In this document: positions 7,898-16,866 of the stretch, piece by piece
Layout: every line of letters starts with the position of its first letter
How positions within the stretch are numbered: the stretch's first letter is position 1
NCBI GenBank assembly: GCA_001786955.1
Contig: MFUM01000009.1
Coordinates: forward strand, 552 to 64,551
DNA from: Candidatus Nomurabacteria bacterium RIFCSPHIGHO2_12_FULL_42_19
Lineage (GTDB): Bacteria > Patescibacteriota > Minisyncoccia > Phycocordibacterales > UBA9973
Direction: 5' to 3'
Length of the DNA stretch: 64,000 nt
Made by a program: the position numbers and the translations under genes
The notes under the pieces: generated by a model
Database searches by the model: none
Told to the model about the DNA's origin: nothing
The model's input: only the letters and a program-made list of their open reading frames with translations

Positions 7898-8824
7898 ATG
7901 ATTTATGAACTGATCATTATCGGGGGCGGGCCGGCCGGGGCGGCCGCTTCTGTCTACGCCGCCCGCAAAAAACTCAAGACCCTTTTTATAACATCCGAAT
8001 GGGGCGGGCAATCCGTCGTTTCCGAACAGATTTACAACTGGATTGGCACTCCTTCCCTGTCCGGAACGGAATTGGCGGAAAATTTTAAAAAGCATGTTTC
8101 GGCAAATGCCGGAGAAAGCTTGGAGATTAAAGAAGGTGAAAAAGTAATTTCGCTCACAAAGAATGCGGAAGGATTTTTAGTAAAGACGGATGGAAATAAA
8201 GAATTCGGTTCTAAAACAATTTTGATTGCCAGCGGCAGCGGACGCAGGAAACTCGTTGCCAAAAACGCGGACAAGCTTGAACACAAAGGCCTGACTTATT
8301 GCGCGTCTTGCGATGGGCCTCTTTTTGAGGGCATGGATGTTGCTGTCATCGGCGGGGGCAATGCCGGGTTTGAAACGGCCGCCCAGCTCCTGGCCTATTG
8401 CAAATCCGTCACGCTCATTAACCGAAGCGATTCTTTCCGCGCAGACCAGATAACAATAGAAAAAGTTTTAAAAAATCCGAAAATAACAGCAATTAAAAAT
8501 GTGGATATTTTGGAAGTTAGGGGCGATAGATTTGTGGAGGGGTTGATTTATGAAGATAAGGTTACCGGCGAGCAGAAAGAACTCAAAGTTTCGGGCATTT
8601 TCGTGGAAATCGGGCAAATTCCAAATACCGATTTTGCCAAAGGGCTGGTGCCCCTTGATGAAATAGGCAGGATAAAAATCGACGCCTGGTCGCAAAAAAC
8701 CGAAATTCCGGGCATCTGGGCGGCCGGAGACTGCACTAATGTCCTTTATCACCAGAACAACATCGCCGCCGGCGACGCCGTCCGCGCGCTGGAAGATATC
8801 TATCTGGCGATACATGCCCGGTAG
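7898..8824 (+). CDS. trxB: Thioredoxin-disulfide reductase
   Basis: FAD motif IIGGGPAGAAASVYAAR, redox-active CASCDG, and a second Rossmann motif AVIGGGNAG. Confidence 0.85.
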   Translation: MIYELIIIGGGPAGAAASVYAARKKLKTLFITSEWGGQSVVSEQIYNWIGTPSLSGTELAENFKKHVSANAGESLEIKEGEKVISLTKNAEGFLVKTDGNKEFGSKTILIASGSGRRKLVAKNADKLEHKGLTYCASCDGPLFEGMDVAVIGGGNAGFETAAQLLAYCKSVTLINRSDSFRADQITIEKVLKNPKITAIKNVDILEVRGDRFVEGLIYEDKVTGEQKELKVSGIFVEIGQIPNTDFAKGLVPLDEIGRIKIDAWSQKTEIPGIWAAGDCTNVLYHQNNIAAGDAVRALEDIYLAIHAR

Positions 8825-8842
8825 CGGAGCGAAATCAGAGTC

Positions 8843-9520
8843 TTGTTGCCGGATATGCAAAATAATATGATTTCAATCATCATTCCCGTTTATAATGAAG
8901 AAAAAACTATTTTTCGCGTCCTGGAATCCGTCAAAGAAGCATTCAGGGATGTTGAATACGAGATAGTGGTTGTTGATGACGGGTCAAAAGACAATACCCC
9001 GATTATCTGCGCGGCATATAAAAATATCCAATACATACAATTGCCTCAGAATCACGGCAAGGGTTTTGCTTTGCGGACAGGATTTGCGCGCGCCCAAGGT
9101 TCATTTATCGCAATCCAAGATGCCGACTTGGAATATAATCCGTCAGTATTGCGAAAACTTTACAATCAGACGAAAGAGAACATCGTCATATATGGCAAGC
9201 GCGGCAGAAAACAGGGTTATTTATTAAATAGAATCGGCAACATATTCCTGTCATGGGTTTGTAATATTTTATACCGTTCTCGTCTCTCCGATATTTATAC
9301 CTGCTATAAAATCATTCCCGGCAAAATTTTGCGGCTGCTGAGACTTTCCGCCGACGGATTTGAGATAGAAGCGGAAATTACGGCAAAATTGCTGCGCGCG
9401 GGCGTATTGATAGTAGAGATACCCATAATTTATTCTCCGCGCACTTTTAAAGACGGCAAGCACATCCGCGCCCGCGACGGAATCAAGGGAATATGGACAT
9501 TGATAAGAAACAGATTTTAA
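8843..9520 (+). CDS. Family 2 glycosyltransferase (dolichyl/polyprenyl-phosphate sugar synthase-like)
   Basis: ISIIIPVYNEE ... VVVDDGSKDNT ... QDADLEY, which is a GT-A fold with a DXD motif. Confidence 0.8.
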   Translation: MLPDMQNNMISIIIPVYNEEKTIFRVLESVKEAFRDVEYEIVVVDDGSKDNTPIICAAYKNIQYIQLPQNHGKGFALRTGFARAQGSFIAIQDADLEYNPSVLRKLYNQTKENIVIYGKRGRKQGYLLNRIGNIFLSWVCNILYRSRLSDIYTCYKIIPGKILRLLRLSADGFEIEAEITAKLLRAGVLIVEIPIIYSPRTFKDGKHIRARDGIKGIWTLIRNRF

Positions 9521-9524
9521 AAAG

Positions 9525-9606
9525 CGGAGGGTACAGGACTTGAACCTGTAAGGGATTGCTCCCGCTGGTTTTCGAAACCAGTGCCATACCATTAGGCGAA
9601 CCCTCC
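9525..9606 (-). tRNA. tRNA-Ser (anticodon CGA), type II with a long variable arm
   Basis: The reverse complement folds with acceptor GGAGGGT/ACCCTCC, a 3-bp D stem, anticodon stem CTGGT/ACCAG with loop TTCGAAA, variable arm GGGA-GCAA-TCCC and T arm ACAGG-TTCAAGT-CCTGT. No CCA is encoded. Confidence 0.8.
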
Positions 9607-9613
9607 CTGTTTT

Positions 9614-10249
9614 TCAATCTAACACATTCTGTTCCAGTAATTCAATCACTTCTTCGTCGGATACCTGCGGAAAATTTTGATAATAAGACCCGACCGCGCC
9701 GAGATATTTCCGCTCGTCTTTTAAAATTACAACTTTATCCGCTTCAGCGCGAAGAATTTCCACAAGTTCATGCGGGGCAACCGGCACTGCCGCTAAAAGT
9801 TCCTTGGGCTGCTCTTTGCGAAGCGAGTGGAGCGCGGCCCGCAGGGTAAGTCCCGTCGCAACCCCGTCATCCACGACAATTGCGATTTTATTTTTGGGCG
9901 AGTGATGTTCTTGGTTTTTCAGATATGTTTTTCTGCGCCGTTTTGCCTCTTCCCGCTCTTTTTTTATCTCTATTTCCAGCCATGCAGGGTCAAGCATTGC
10001 CCGCGCGGCTTCATCGCAAAACGGTTCTCCTTCTTCGGTGACGGCGCAAACGGCATACTCCGGGTTGTCCGGATGCCCGATTTTTCTGGCAATAACCAAA
10101 TCAAGAGGCAGATGCAGAAAATGCGCTATTTCAAAACCAAGCACTGCTCCCCCGCGCGGCAGCGCATAGACAACCGCATCCGTATCGCGATATTGAATAA
10201 GCTGTTCCGCAAGCAATTCTCCCGCTTCTTTTCTGTCTTTAAACATCAA
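9614..10249 (-). CDS. Putative phosphoribosyltransferase (PRTase family, COG1926-like)
   Basis: 211 aa with the PRPP-binding-like motif IAIVVDDGVATGLT. GC is locally elevated. Confidence 0.65.
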   Translation of the reverse strand: MMFKDRKEAGELLAEQLIQYRDTDAVVYALPRGGAVLGFEIAHFLHLPLDLVIARKIGHPDNPEYAVCAVTEEGEPFCDEAARAMLDPAWLEIEIKKEREEAKRRRKTYLKNQEHHSPKNKIAIVVDDGVATGLTLRAALHSLRKEQPKELLAAVPVAPHELVEILRAEADKVVILKDERKYLGAVGSYYQNFPQVSDEEVIELLEQNVLD

Positions 10250-10260
10250 AATAATCTTTT

Positions 10261-10512
10261 TTACTCCGCCGGATAAATTACCGCTCCTTCTTTTGTTTTC
10301 TGGGAAAGCTGAATCGCTACCTCATCTCCTTTTTTGCCGGAACTGACAGCCAGGTGGTTGACTTGCATTGAACCGACGGTTTCTTCAAATTCCGAATCGC
10401 CTTTTTTGACTTTTATTTTATCCCCAACCTTAAGGCTGCCGCTGAGTTTTACCACTGCCACCTGCGCTTTGTCATACCAGTGATTTACTTTTCCGATTTC
10501 TTTTTGTGCCAT
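10261..10512 (-). CDS. Hypothetical small protein (beta-barrel/KOW-like pattern)
   Basis: 83 aa with repeated KVGDKIKV and KGDEVAI patterns. No recognisable catalytic motif. Confidence 0.35.
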   Translation of the reverse strand: MAQKEIGKVNHWYDKAQVAVVKLSGSLKVGDKIKVKKGDSEFEETVGSMQVNHLAVSSGKKGDEVAIQLSQKTKEGAVIYPAE

Positions 10513-10637
10513 ATATTATATATATTTATCTACATAATAATGTATTCGACCCCCTCCCTTGGAGAGTTTAACCTGCTTTGGTGATGTAATTATACCATTT
10601 TGCGGTTTTTTCAAAAAACAAATAAGGCTCAAAAAAA

Positions 10638-10663
10638 ACAGCCCCCGAGAGGGTTGTTTTTTT
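10638..10663. terminator. Bidirectional terminator-like hairpin
   Basis: acagccc-ccgaga-gggttgt stem with an A-run before it and a T-run after it. Confidence 0.5.
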
Positions 10664-10891
10664 GCAATAATCTCCGAAATTTATTTTCCTATTTACAAGT
10701 GCACGGGTCATTGCCGCAAACAGGGCATTTTGGCTCGTCCATATTCTTTGATAAATAAATAATAATTGTATTGACAGACATGTCGACTAAAACGTGCCTG
10801 TCGTACTTCTATACTATAGCAAAAAAGAAATATTTAATCTAATTTTCGTTTTGTGCGCGTATCGCGTAGTTTTTATTTTATAAGAACGAAG

Positions 10892-10966
10892 TGGTGACCC
10901 TACTGGGAATCGCACCCAGATTACCAGCTTGAAAAGCTGATGTCCTAACTATTAGACGATAGGGCC
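10892..10966 (-). tRNA. tRNA-Glu (anticodon TTC), CCA encoded
   Basis: Reverse complement is GGCCCTATCGTCTAATAGTTAGGACATCAGCTTTTCAAGCTGGTAATCTGGGTGCGATTCCCAGTAGGGTCACCA. The anticodon loop is TTTTCAA and the T loop is TGCGATT. Confidence 0.85.
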
Positions 10967-10989
10967 AATGCAAGATATAATAACATTTT

Positions 10990-11583
10990 ATGGACAAAAC
11001 GCAAAAACTCGAAAATCTGCACAAGAAATGGATAGCGGAATGCCAGTGCGAATTGAAAAAAACCGCGACCCAGGCGGTACCGGGCGTCGGCAATGCCGAG
11101 GCGGAAATAGTTTTTATCGGCGAGGCGCCGGGAAAATCGGAAGATGAAAAAGGCGAACCTTTTGTCGGCGCGGCGGGAAAATTCTTGGACGAAATGCTGG
11201 CGGAAATAAAATTGAGACGAGAAAACATATATATCACGAACATCGTAAAATACCGCCCACCGAACAATCGCGATCCCTTGCCGGAGGAAAAAGCATCGTG
11301 CCGGGAGTGGCTCCTGGAAGAGCTGAAAATAATTTCGCCCAAGCTGATAATATTCCTGGGCCGTCACGCGATGAATAATTTTTTTCCCGACCAGCAAATA
11401 TCCGGAGCTCACGGAAAATTATTAATCAAGCCATTTAAGGGCATGTCTACTAAATACTTCTTCTCTCTTTATCATCCGGCTGCGGCTCTGTATGACGGTT
11501 CAATGCGCGAGACTTTAATGGAAGATTTCAAAAAAATCCCGAAGGTTTTGGAAGAAATCGAAAAACGCCAAAAAAACAAATAA
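10990..11583 (+). CDS. Uracil-DNA glycosylase, family 4
   Basis: GEAPGKSEDEKGEPFVGAAGKFL motif, and a C-terminal HPAA motif (LYHPAAALY). Confidence 0.85.
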   Translation: MDKTQKLENLHKKWIAECQCELKKTATQAVPGVGNAEAEIVFIGEAPGKSEDEKGEPFVGAAGKFLDEMLAEIKLRRENIYITNIVKYRPPNNRDPLPEEKASCREWLLEELKIISPKLIIFLGRHAMNNFFPDQQISGAHGKLLIKPFKGMSTKYFFSLYHPAAALYDGSMRETLMEDFKKIPKVLEEIEKRQKNK

Positions 11584-11593
11584 TCATATTTTT

Positions 11594-12985
11594 ATGGAAA
11601 ATAAAAACACGCATAGGGATATATGGATCGTGGCATTGGCTATAATTTCTTTCGCCTTGTGGAAACTTTCTTCACTGCAATTCAGGTTCGGCGATGAAAA
11701 CGTCTATTTCTATATGTCGGACGCCATTTTGCGTGGATTTATCCCATATAAGGATTTTTTCTTCGCCGACCCTCCGTTTTTCATATATATGATGGCAATT
11801 TTCAAGGCTATTTTCGGTTCGCATATTATTCTCTTCAAAACTCTCCCGATATTATTTGACAGCCTGTCCGCAATTTTAATTTATCTCCTGCTCCGGAAGA
11901 ATAATATTTTTGCGGCGCTCGGCCCCATTTTTTATCTTTTCTCTTTTACCATCCTTTCCACTTCGGATTATGTCACCGGCGCGGAAGTGATGATGTTTTT
12001 CATTCTTCTGGCTCTCTATTCCGACCAAAACAAAAAACATTTCTGGTCCGGAGCATTTTGGGCGCTCGCCTGCCTTTCCAAATTATATGCCGGACCGGCT
12101 TTGCTCGGTTTTTTGTTCTATAAACTCATTTCCAAAGAATTTTTGCCTGCTAGAAATATCATCTTGGGAGGGCTGGCCGCTACTATCGTAATATTGTTGC
12201 CATTTTTTATCTTAGCCCCGCATCAAGTCTTTTATGATTTAATCATTCATCAGTTCAACCGGCCGACCGGCATCAATAAATGGAATATTTTAAGCGTCTT
12301 CGCTCGGTTTGAATGGCTGCTTATAATCTCAAGCCTTCTCGGGATGTTTATCGCCAAAAATAAATCGTGGATTTATCCGTTGATTTTTTCCGCCGTATTT
12401 TTTTTATTATATAAAGACCTTTATTATTTATACCTGCATCTTTTATTGCCGTTTATTATATTTCTGGCGGTTGAATTCGCGGCATTTCTGAATAAAAAAC
12501 GGGAGGAAATTGCCTGGGCATTTATTGTATTTTACATTTTCGTTTCCTTCTATTCAATTTCCGGATATGTGAATACTTACGGGCCGCAGGGAATTTTTAA
12601 CCAGCCGGAAGAAATTGCGGAAGCTTTAAAAACCGCCCCGGAAGATTTCCCGGCCTATGGCGCGCAGGAAATAGCTCCGCTTGTCGCCCTGATGTCCGGC
12701 AGGAAAATTTTCGGCAATGTTATAGACACCAATACGCAAAACTTTGCCGCCGAGACGCAAAATCTTGATTTAATATCCGAAAAAGCGACGAAAAACGGCA
12801 TATACCTTGTTGCGCGCGTGGCAAATTATCCGGAACAAAATATGCAGGACACCGGTTTTGAAGGCTATTTTAATAAAAAAATATTTGACAGCTCGTGCAA
12901 ATTTTATAAATCTTTTGACAGAAATTCCCCGGGCGACCCCTTGAACCAGGTGACAATTTATAAATGTTATAAAACAGCCGACTAA
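11594..12985 (+). CDS. Integral-membrane GT-C glycosyltransferase (PMT/ArnT-like, family 39-like)
   Basis: 463 aa, multi-pass, with a DE motif in the first loop (RFGDENVYFY) and a soluble C-terminal domain. Confidence 0.55.
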   Translation: MENKNTHRDIWIVALAIISFALWKLSSLQFRFGDENVYFYMSDAILRGFIPYKDFFFADPPFFIYMMAIFKAIFGSHIILFKTLPILFDSLSAILIYLLLRKNNIFAALGPIFYLFSFTILSTSDYVTGAEVMMFFILLALYSDQNKKHFWSGAFWALACLSKLYAGPALLGFLFYKLISKEFLPARNIILGGLAATIVILLPFFILAPHQVFYDLIIHQFNRPTGINKWNILSVFARFEWLLIISSLLGMFIAKNKSWIYPLIFSAVFFLLYKDLYYLYLHLLLPFIIFLAVEFAAFLNKKREEIAWAFIVFYIFVSFYSISGYVNTYGPQGIFNQPEEIAEALKTAPEDFPAYGAQEIAPLVALMSGRKIFGNVIDTNTQNFAAETQNLDLISEKATKNGIYLVARVANYPEQNMQDTGFEGYFNKKIFDSSCKFYKSFDRNSPGDPLNQVTIYKCYKTAD

Positions 12986-13023
12986 AAATTGATAATGCCG
13001 CTTTAATTCTATATACTGCAGAC

Positions 13024-13785
13024 ATGATTCAAAAAAATAAAATCAAAATAATAATCCTAGCCGCCGGAAAAAGCGCCAGAATGAAAATGGACGAGCCGAA
13101 AGCGCTCGCAATGCTTAAAAACAAGCCATTTTTGCGGCATATTCTTGATACTATTAAAAAACTGGATTCCGGAATAAAACCAATTATTGTCGTAGGCCAT
13201 AAAAAAGAACGCATCAAAGAAGTGCTGGGAAACGAACATATTTACGCGGAACAGAGCGAACAGCTTGGCACCGGACACGCGGTTATGTCCGCCAGAAAAG
13301 CAATTAATGATAATCCCGAAATAATCCTTGTCATTTCGGCCGACCAGCCGCTAATTTCCAAAGAAACGATTGAAGGCATAATTTCCGTTCACGCGGAAAA
13401 GAATCCAACTATGACGATAGCTACAGTCCTGGTGCCTGACTTTGAAGATTGGAGAACCGGGTTGAATCACTTCGGCAGGATAATTCGCGGAACCGATAAT
13501 CTGGTCAAAAAAATCGTCGAGTTCAAGGATGCGAACGATGAAGAGAAAAAAATCAAAGAGTTGAATCTCGCTTTGTATGCATTCGACGCAGAATGGCTTT
13601 GGGATAATATTAATAAGATTAAAAATAAAAATGCGCAGGCCGAATATTATCTGACAGATCTTATCAAGATGGCATGCGACCAGCAGAAAAAGATTGAAGC
13701 CGTGCCGGTGGTAAATATCATAGAAGCATTGCAGCCAAATTCAAAAGAAGAACTTGAAATATTAGAGAAATTAGCAGTAGAATAG
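13024..13785 (+). CDS. Sugar-1-phosphate nucleotidyltransferase (GlmU N-terminal-like, no acetyltransferase domain)
   Basis: IIILAAGKSARMKMDEPKALAML resembles the GlmU/RmlA G-x-G-T-R-M motif. 253 aa. Confidence 0.7.
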   Translation: MIQKNKIKIIILAAGKSARMKMDEPKALAMLKNKPFLRHILDTIKKLDSGIKPIIVVGHKKERIKEVLGNEHIYAEQSEQLGTGHAVMSARKAINDNPEIILVISADQPLISKETIEGIISVHAEKNPTMTIATVLVPDFEDWRTGLNHFGRIIRGTDNLVKKIVEFKDANDEEKKIKELNLALYAFDAEWLWDNINKIKNKNAQAEYYLTDLIKMACDQQKKIEAVPVVNIIEALQPNSKEELEILEKLAVE

Positions 13786-13786
13786 A

Positions 13787-15010
13787 ATGATGCAAAATCC
13801 CTATCAAAACGCCATGGCGCAGTTGGACAAAGTTGCTAAGATTATAAATTTTGGCGACGAGTTTATCGCCCGCCTCCGCCAACCCGACCGGGACATCAGA
13901 ATTTCAATTCCGGTTAAAATGGACAATGGCTCTCAAAAAATTTTTGAAGGATATAGGGTGGAATATAATAATGCCCTGGGGCCCTATAAAGGCGGAATCA
14001 GATACCATTCCGATACCGAGATAAACGAAGTGAAAGCGTTGGCTTTCTGGATGGCGCTTAAATGCGCGGTCGCCGGCATTCCGATGGGCGGAGGCAAAGG
14101 CGGGATAACCGTTGACCCGAAAGAATTGTCTAAGAATGAACTGGAAAGGCTTTCGCGCGGGTGGGTGCAAAAGCTCGCAGATGTGTTGGGCCCGCATAAA
14201 GATATCCCCGCGCCGGATGTGAATACCACGCCCGAGATAATGGCTTGGATGGCGGATGAATATAAAAAATTAACGGGCGAAGAAAATGGAGCGACCTTTA
14301 CCGGCAAGCCGCTCGACAAGGGCGGTTCGGCGGGCCGAGGCTCGGCTACGGGCCTCGGCGGATTTTATGTTTTTGACTCATTGAGAGCGCAAATCGGGCT
14401 TCCAGAAAAATGCAGAGTCGCAATTCAGGGTTTCGGCAATGTCGGCGGAAATGCCGCGCGTATTTTTGCTGAAAACGGACATACGGTAATGGCCGTTTCT
14501 GATTCAAAAAGCGCGATTGTAAAAGATAGCGGGCTGGATTTGAATGAAGTTGAAGTTCATAAGAAAAAAACCGGAAGCTTGAAAGATTTTCCCGGCGCTG
14601 AAAATATAACAAATGCCGAACTTTTAGAACTTTCCTGCGACCTTCTGGTGCCGGCCGCGTTTGAAAACGTGATAACTGGCATTAATGCGGAAAAAATCAA
14701 AGCTAAGGCCATCCTGGAGCTTGCCAATGGCCCGATAAATCCGGAGGCTGATGAGATTTTATTCAAAAAAGGTGTTCCTGTTGTGCCGGATATTTTGGCA
14801 AATTCCGGAGGCGTAACAGTATCTTATTTTGAATGGGACCAGAATTTAAAGAACGAGCATTGGAGTGAAAAAGAAGTTTTTGACAAATTAAAACCAATGA
14901 TGAATGACGCCGCTCAAAAAATATTTAAAAAATCCCAAGAAACAAAAACATACCTGCGCATGGGCGCTTTCATCCTGGCGCTTGAAAAAATCAAGGAAAA
15001 AATGCAATAG
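13787..15010 (+). CDS. gdhA: Glutamate dehydrogenase (Glu/Leu/Phe/Val dehydrogenase family)
   Basis: GPYKGGIRYH...GIPMGGGKGG catalytic Lys box and the NAD(P) Rossmann motif GFGNVGG. Confidence 0.9.
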   Translation: MMQNPYQNAMAQLDKVAKIINFGDEFIARLRQPDRDIRISIPVKMDNGSQKIFEGYRVEYNNALGPYKGGIRYHSDTEINEVKALAFWMALKCAVAGIPMGGGKGGITVDPKELSKNELERLSRGWVQKLADVLGPHKDIPAPDVNTTPEIMAWMADEYKKLTGEENGATFTGKPLDKGGSAGRGSATGLGGFYVFDSLRAQIGLPEKCRVAIQGFGNVGGNAARIFAENGHTVMAVSDSKSAIVKDSGLDLNEVEVHKKKTGSLKDFPGAENITNAELLELSCDLLVPAAFENVITGINAEKIKAKAILELANGPINPEADEILFKKGVPVVPDILANSGGVTVSYFEWDQNLKNEHWSEKEVFDKLKPMMNDAAQKIFKKSQETKTYLRMGAFILALEKIKEKMQ

Positions 15011-15021
15011 TCAGATATTAA

Positions 15022-15062
15022 ATAGCGAAAATACTAAGAACTCTGCGATAGCAGAAAGTTTA
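15022..15062. repeat. 40-nt palindromic repeat (copy 1) between the gdhA stop and the Cas2-like stop
   Basis: aatactaagaactctgcgatagcagaaagtttagtaatt has an outer stem tactaa/ttagta and an inner stem tctgc/gcaga. A direct-repeat partner lies at 15581-15621. Confidence 0.65.
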
Positions 15063-15076
15063 GTAATTTTCATGGT

Positions 15077-15436
15077 TCACTTTTTAAAATCGTACTCTTT
15101 TGCCAACTTGAAAATCTTGAAACCGTTTTTTATTTTTATCTTTTCAATGTAGTCTAGAAATTCTTTAGGTAACGGAGATGGTCCAACCCATACACTTTTT
15201 TGAATCATAGAATAATTAAATTTTTTCAAATGCCAGCGGAGCCATTCCCTTTCGGCTTTTTTAGTTTCCGGAATATCGAACATCACTATTAGATTTTTGG
15301 GAGCGTTTTGGTCAAATTTGAAATGAAATTGTTTTAAAGAATCTATTTTCTTTTTTATATATTTTTGACCTTTAAGAGTTATCATCAGCCCCGCATCACT
15401 ATGTTCTATAAAACCAGTTTTACGAATGTAGGACAA
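15077..15436 (-). CDS. Orphan Cas2-like protein (Cas2/VapD-fold C-terminal region with a roughly 45-aa N-terminal extension)
   Basis: The C-terminal segment LIVMFDIPETKKAEREWLRWHLKKFNYSMIQKSVWVG matches the Cas2 pattern hydrophobic strand-D-I-...-RR-LRR-L-K-...-G-x-x-Q-SVF. No cas1 or CRISPR array is present in the window. Confidence 0.35.
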   Translation of the reverse strand: MSYIRKTGFIEHSDAGLMITLKGQKYIKKKIDSLKQFHFKFDQNAPKNLIVMFDIPETKKAEREWLRWHLKKFNYSMIQKSVWVGPSPLPKEFLDYIEKIKIKNGFKIFKLAKEYDFKK

Positions 15437-15580
15437 AGTTCCGCTTAAACAATTCTAAGAATAATTTTTGAATTTTGGAATACCAAAAAGATTCACACGG
15501 CTTCCTTTATATCTCAAAGACGTGGCACTTAACTCTTTTAAAATTTCATAAACAAGGCTCACGAGTTATATTATATCACA

Positions 15581-15621
15581 AATACTAATAAATCTGCGAT
15601 AGCAGAGTTATTAGTAAATAA
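15581..15621. repeat. 40-nt palindromic repeat (copy 2) upstream of the Cas2-like gene and of tRNA-Val
   Basis: aatactaataaatctgcgatagcagagttattagtaaat has the same core ctgcgatagcaga and the same tactaa/ttagta arms as copy 1. Confidence 0.65.
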
Positions 15622-15694
15622 TAGTTTGTTAATTAAAACATTATTTTCCTGTACTTATTTGAAAAATTAATGGAAAATGCTATAAATAAACAAT

Positions 15695-15767
15695 GGGCGG
15701 TTAGCTCAGTTGGTAGAGCGTGTCTTTGACGTAGACAAGGCCACAGGTCCGAATCCTGTACCGCCCA
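15695..15767 (+). tRNA. tRNA-Val (anticodon GAC)
   Basis: GGGCGGTTAGCTCAGTTGGTAGAGCG-TGTCT-TTGACGT-AGACA-AGGCC-ACAGG-TCCGAAT-CCTGT-ACCGCCC-A. It ends 1 nt before the tsaD ATG. Confidence 0.85.
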
Positions 15768-15768
15768 C

Positions 15769-16845
15769 ATGAGAATTTTAAGCATTGAAACATCCTGCGA
15801 CGACACGGGGATAAGCATAATGGAGGCAAAAGGGGGCGTTCTAAACGCTTCTTTTAAAATCCTGGCAAATAATTCAAATTCACAAATAAAAATCCACATT
15901 CCTTATGGCGGAGTTTATCCGGCATTGGCCAAAAGAGAACATAATAAAAATTTGCCGATTCTTCTGGAAAAAACATTAAAAGAAGCGAAATTAAAAAATA
16001 GAAAATCTCCCGTGGATTTGATTGTCGTCACTCACGGACCGGGGCTGGAAATCGCGCTTTGGACAGGCATTGTTTTCGCCAAAGAATTGGCAAAAAAATG
16101 GAATGTTCCTTTGATGCCCGTAAATCATATGGAGGGGCATATATTTTCAGTATTTGGAAAACAAAAAGGTGAATTTTTAATACCTAAAATAAAGTTCCCT
16201 GCTCTTTCTTTGCTGGTTTCCGGAGGACATACGGAATTGGTTTTGATGAAAAATTTTATGCAATATAAAATCATAGGCGAAACTCTGGATGATGCTGTCG
16301 GGGAAACATTTGACAAGGTCGCAAGAATGCTCGGCCTTCTCTATCCCGGCGGGCCGGAGATTTCCAAACTGGCCGAATTTCTACGGCGAAAAGAAAAACA
16401 AGCTTCGGAGATTAGTTTTTCGGTAACTCTCCCCCGCCCTATGCTTTATTCTAAAAACTTTGATTTCTCTTTTTCGGGACTTAAAACCGCTGTTCTATAT
16501 TTGATCAGAGACATTGGCAAACCGGATGAAAAGACAAAAGCGCAAATTGCCCTGGAATTTGAAAACGCGGTTATTGAATGTCTCGTTCACAAGACAGCCA
16601 AAGCCGTTGAAAAACACGGGATTAAAACTTTAATTGTTGCCGGCGGAGTTGCCGCCAACAAACATCTAAGAAATGAAGTGAAAAAACTTGAAGATAAAAA
16701 AATAAAATTATTTTTTCCGATTAAAGAACTTTCAACTGACAATTCTATCATGATTGGTATAGCTGGATATTTTAACTATATCAAAAACAAAAAGAAAACT
16801 CTAAAAGCAGGCAACATCAAAGCAACTGGCAATCTAAGGCTTTAA
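15769..16845 (+). CDS. tsaD: tRNA N6-adenosine threonylcarbamoyltransferase TsaD (Kae1/Gcp)
   Basis: N-terminus MRILSIETSCDDTGISIM and an ASKH-fold metal site (HMEGH). Confidence 0.9.
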   Translation: MRILSIETSCDDTGISIMEAKGGVLNASFKILANNSNSQIKIHIPYGGVYPALAKREHNKNLPILLEKTLKEAKLKNRKSPVDLIVVTHGPGLEIALWTGIVFAKELAKKWNVPLMPVNHMEGHIFSVFGKQKGEFLIPKIKFPALSLLVSGGHTELVLMKNFMQYKIIGETLDDAVGETFDKVARMLGLLYPGGPEISKLAEFLRRKEKQASEISFSVTLPRPMLYSKNFDFSFSGLKTAVLYLIRDIGKPDEKTKAQIALEFENAVIECLVHKTAKAVEKHGIKTLIVAGGVAANKHLRNEVKKLEDKKIKLFFPIKELSTDNSIMIGIAGYFNYIKNKKKTLKAGNIKATGNLRL

Positions 16846-16866
16846 TATGATATTATTTGAGGATGG

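Noticed and set aside
10878-11412. Two overlapping minus-strand ORFs of 154-155 aa
   Set aside because: They are antisense to the well-supported UDG family-4 gene (10990-11583, plus) and overlap tRNA-Glu.
15022-15621. Possible CRISPR array next to the Cas2-like gene
   Set aside because: Only two copies of the 40-nt palindromic repeat exist, 520 bp apart, with a gene between them. There is no regular repeat-spacer periodicity and no cas1. This is not a CRISPR array.
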